Source of the DNA: the human T2T-CHM13v2.0 reference genome, Homo sapiens
Reading direction: 5' to 3' (one strand)
Length of the DNA: 64,000 nt
Assembly (NCBI RefSeq): GCF_009914755.1
Contig: NC_060939.1
This document shows, piece by piece, positions 59,468 to 64,000 of the stretch. How positions within the stretch are numbered: the first letter of the stretch is position 1; each line of letters opens with the position of its first letter. Both the position numbers and the translations under genes were made by a program. Below the pieces are notes generated by a model. It did not search any database. It was given only the letters and a program-made list of their open reading frames with translations, and was not told the DNA's origin.

Positions 59468-60549
59468 GATGCATTTGTATTTTAAAAGAACAGTGAGTCT
59501 ACAGGAATAAATACCTCATTGGTTTACATTTTAGGCAGAATTCTGAAGCTATTTGTCTGGGAATCAGAGATAGATAGAGTTGTTCCCAGCACCATGGAGA
59601 CAATACAGCCTTCTATGAAACGTAGAATGAGTAAGGACCAGGCACAGATTCAGCAGAGGTCAAGGAGGTTGAAGACACAGAAATGAGCATTGATTGGCAT
59701 AGAATGAGGTCATTGGTCACTTAAAGGAATTGGGGAGCACTAGTGCTTATGGAAGATAATGCCTGTAGTATGGTTCAATCCAACTAGTACTAACAATGGG
59801 GTACTATCTGCCAAGCTCTGGGCTGGACACAACCAAAGCTTGAGTAAAAGAATACACTCACCTGGAAGAATGGGACAGTGCTCGGAAGAAGGAGTAGAAA
59901 GAAGTATTTTAATAGTCTGGACGTTTGAACTGGTGAGTAGACATTTCAATAGTCTGGATGTTTGAACTGGTGAGTAGACTTCCCTTTTTCTAAGCAAATC
60001 CCTAGCCTTGAACGAAGGAAATGCCAACCCCTTCCTTTCTGGCCGTAGAACTCATGCCATTCACCGCCTAGATGATGTGCTCTGGCTAGTCCTTTGATCC
60101 ATCCAAATATGCATTCAGTTCCTCCCCTAGGCAATCCTTCTGCTCAGCCAAGCTGGTACCCAGTTGATACCTCATACCTTTCACACATCTCTCCTTGCCT
60201 CTGCTCCTGCTGTCCTCCCCTCCAGCTTCCAAGACAGGGCTCTTCACGCCCCTTCTGAATTCTGCACCTCCTTTGAAGCTGGCCCAAGTACTCAGGTACT
60301 TCCTTTTCTGGGCAGGCTTCCCTGAGTACCAGGATCCTTCCCTTCTCTGAACTCCAGGTATTGTATTAATAATCATAATGGCAATGATCACAGCAGTAAT
60401 GATAATGCCTTACATTTGAATAGGTACTAAGAATTTTTCAAAGTGCTGCCACATACTTCATTACACTTATGCGTCACAGGATGATGCAAAGGATGGTAAG
60501 AGATTAATATTATTTCTGCCTAAAAACAAAATAAAAAATTCAACAAGGA

Positions 60550-60728
60550 GGCCGGGCACAGTGACTCATGCCTGTAATCCCAGTACTTTAGGAGGCTGAG
60601 GCAGGAGGATTGCTTAAGCCTAGGAGTTCAAGATTACAGTAAGCTATGATTATGCCACTACATTCTAGCTTGGGCAACAGAGTGAGACTCTGTCTAAAAA
60701 AAAAAAAAAAAAGAAAAAAAAGAAAAAA
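60550..60728 (+). mobile_element. FRAM/AluJ monomer within a MIR
   Basis: Single-monomer Alu with A tail; tca(a/g)caagga on both sides. Confidence 0.85.
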
Positions 60729-61186
60729 TCAGCAAGGAAACAGGTCCATAAAGAGTAAATACTTTTCTACTTTTTCCAGGGCCATATACTCCAGGATGCA
60801 TTGCATCTGCCATTTGGGTCTGATTTAAGGTACAGTTTCTGATTAAATGTTATTTTACACTGATTTCAAATTATTTCATATTGCTAGTCTTGGCTTTCTA
60901 ATAAGATTTATACTTTTCTTCAGGGCAGGAAAAATCTCTTGTGTTTTTTGGTATTTCTCTAGCACTCAGGATTACACTGAGTCCACAACGGGGGCTTTTA
61001 AAATGCTTTAATGATGATGTTGATGGTCACAGGTTTATGTTCCTGCACATTGTATGAGCATGAATATTTGAGTTTGCTGGGAGGCACCAAGGCAGCATAA
61101 TTCCATTTGACCCTATTTCAAGTGTTGGAGATCGTGGGGCATCTGGAGATGATGGGACATGTGTAGACTGAGGAGTAGCTCTCTGC

Positions 61187-61300
61187 GATGAAGTTCTTTT
61201 AGATTAGGAATGGTAGCATTGTCGACTACATCAGTAGTACATCGATGTACTACTGATGTAGTCGACAATGCTACCATTCCTAATCTAAAAGAACTTCATC
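61187..61300. repeat. Perfect 114-bp palindrome (57-bp arms, no spacer)
   Basis: 61187-61243 is the exact reverse complement of 61244-61300 (checked base by base); centre ATC|GAT. Confidence 0.98.
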
Positions 61301-62579
61301 ATGGGTATACAGATGGGGAGGAATAAAATATCTTAAAGTGTCACCTCCATAGCCCCTACAATACTAATTTTAATTTGGAAGTATGTGCCCTGACCTTTTG
61401 AGCCATCTGATGTGAAATTCCCTGCCTCCCTCTCTCTTATCAGTCGTGGCATTTTAGCCTGTACCTGGTTCAGTGGGGAAGAGGGAAAACACTTGATTCT
61501 ACGGCATGACAATAACACTCATAGAGAGAATGTGCTGGAAGGTTGGCCATCCTGCTGGTGCCTTTGGCCATCTGAAAGGGAAACTGGGGAGGCATGAGAT
61601 GGTCCTCTCTCTCCTGGGGCTTTGGGAAGGAAGGATGGTCTATGGATCACTCCCCTGGCTCCATGGTTGACCCCTGAAGGAGAGGAGTGGAGCTCTGCTC
61701 AGGCTCCAAACCCAACTCCTTGAGGGTAAAGCTACTGAAGATAATTGAGGTAACAGGGTAAGGACAATCCGGGGTTCAGCTCAGGGATGGGCTGACCGCG
61801 TGTCCCAGGAGTGATGGAGCCACTGCTTGCTGTATCTACTGGCTTGTTGCTGTGTAGATTTTATGTCCCACAATTAGGGTATGCGGTCTCAAAATATGAA
61901 GACATCATGACGGTTTGCTTATACATTAATTAACATTATAGTTTCAATACTTACAGAAAACCCTATCAACTATTGATTACTGTGTAAAAGATTAATTGGA
62001 ACCAGCGTTCAAACTCAAGTATGTAGGCAAGCCAGCAAGATTATCGAGGCAAAAAATATCAATGTATGCCTCTCAGTTTCTGAATCACTCTTGTGGATCA
62101 CTTTTAATAAACATGTAACACCTACTTCTTTTCTAAATAATGACATCAAATGTTCCAGAGAAGTTGACCTTTTCCAGAGGGAAATCAATCAAACTCTGAC
62201 AATGTAACAAACATCCTGAGACAAATGTAAGAGCAAGGGAAGTAAACAGAATATTTATTATGATAAGAATTATTTCCTTTTCCAGAATTCTTATCTTTGG
62301 GCTTATCACACTGGGAAGTCCTAGAATTGGCTGTGAGATGAAAACAAAGGAAGTAGTTTAAAAATTCTGAGTAAGAAAATACTAATTTTATACATATTAA
62401 AGTATAAACCATATAAAAGTATAAAATCTTATTACAGAGCCAACACTAGCAGCAAGAAAGAATTTTAAAACAGTGCAAGATAACACTGAGTGATAAACCA
62501 TAAATCAGAGTGACCACAATGGCAGATATAATGCATGGGCTGGTATCTAGTTGTTTAACTCATGAATTAAAGTAAAACA

Positions 62580-62825
62580 AGCAAGTACTCATGTAGTGCT
62601 GATTCTATGCCAGGCACTATCCTAAGTGATTTAAATATGCTAACTGACTTAACTCTCATAATAACCTGATGAGATAGGTCTTATGATAATCATTTTATAG
62701 ATGAGGAAACTGTGGCACAGATCAGTTAAGTAATTTTCCCAAGGTCACACACCCAGTAAGCGACAGTGTTGGGGATATGACCCCAGGGAGTCTAATTCCA
62801 AAGTCTGAGATCTTAACCACATAGC
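62580..62825 (-). mobile_element. MIR
   Basis: tatgccaggcactatcctaag...cattttatagatgaggaaactg...cccaaggtcacac. Confidence 0.85.
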
Positions 62826-63004
62826 ATCTCATATGTCTAGTACTGGTGGTAGTAATAATAACTCTTTTGTTATTATCTCCTATGTCAATACCTGAAGTCA
62901 ACCTTCAGGTATTACATGAAATGCATACATGCATGTAACTGACCATTGTTGTATAACAAGCCATATCCAGAATACCCCATCTTCACATATCCAGACTATA
63001 ATGG

Positions 63005-63715
63005 GCACTGTGCAAGTGTCCTGATCATTATCTAGCTCACTTAGGTGGAGCCGGAAATTGTTTGCAGGCCCGCAGCCCATTCCCTATAGGCAGGTTGCCA
63101 TAACTTGTGCCATGGAGGCACGACCCACCAGGCCAGGCATGGACACCTGCTCCAAAGGCAGCCATCTGAAGATTGGGCAGTGACCTGTGACCAGCCTCAC
63201 CTAAGCCCTTCGACCAACATGGTGGTAATGGGACCCGTCATACTCTGTCTCTTGGAGACTTTTCACATGAGGCCATAGAGCAGATGCTGAATGAGTGAAC
63301 TGGTGTTGAATTGGAGAGAGACCCAGAGAAAGCACTGGAGAGATGTCATGAGGCAGTAGAAGCCATGAACAAGAGGGGGCATGAGGTAGACAGGGAGAGG
63401 GCGGGAGTCAGTCAGCTGTGGGTAGGAGGAAAACATGAGCCAAAAGCAGGCTGTGAGGAATGGAGTCACAAATTCAGTTGCTGATGGAGAATGCGGTGAG
63501 CCCTGGGTTGACACTGGGTGACCAGAGCTATGTGGCATCTTGAAATTTCATGAGTGACACTTTCTGTGAAGCCAGCGGTGCAGTTCTGGAGATGGTTTCT
63601 TGTCCTCTTTAGGTTTCCATACATTCTTATATTAATCTCCCATTACGGAAGTAGTTTGACTTTTTTTTTTTTTTTTTTTTTTTTTGCATCTTGCAACCTG
63701 AAAGAACCTAACCTA
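63005..63715 (+). mobile_element. ERVL LTR relic (LTR33/LTR41-like)
   Basis: ggacacctgctccaaaggcagcc...gggcagtgacctgtgacc; 3' end cttgcaacctgaaagaaccta. Confidence 0.45.
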
Positions 63716-64000
63716 GGTAATTACAGTCCTAGCCTTTGCCTTCTTTTTGTTCCTCCTCCTCCTATATGCCATTACCAAATCCTTGCCAAATTTGTCCTCA
63801 GACCCCTTCTCCCTCCTTTCCACACTACCTGTGGTCCTTAATCCTCCCACCCAGGTGCCTGCGGTGGCCTCCTAGCAGGGGCTGCTTTAAAAACATCAGA
63901 AACATAATTTTCTAAATTGTTTAAAAATCATTCTGATGAAGAATTTCAATGAGCTTTGGACTCACTTGTTACAAAAAAGTAAATCGGCTCTTTTTGATGG

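Overview
Primate, very probably human, genomic DNA. It is AT-rich and dense in Alu, L1, L2, MIR, LTR and DNA-transposon relics, with one CpG island at ~18.7-20.2 kb. The island is the promoter of a minus-strand gene. Its first coding exon (18261-18377) has canonical splice sites and starts ATG AAG CCA GAC CGA G (MKPDR+G). From memory this matches the N-terminus of ATOSA/FAM214A (MKPDRDTLDEY...); I did not run a search. Positions 1-18260 are then intronic. The rest is upstream sequence, with a candidate distal first exon and promoter at ~49975-50115. None of the supplied ORFs looks like an independent gene: they come from Alus, L1 ORF2 or GC-rich sequence. I found no new multi-gene system. The most unusual structures are: a perfect spacer-less 114-bp palindrome (61187-61300); an L1PA insertion with a ~500-bp 3' transduction (44355-46313); a start-stop (ATG-TGA) element 2 nt before the ATOSA start codon; a 44-bp flank copied in inverted orientation between two Alus; a tandem repeat built from hairpins; and a 3'-truncated U2 snRNA retrocopy. 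Repeat subfamily names and boundaries were assigned by eye and are approximate.
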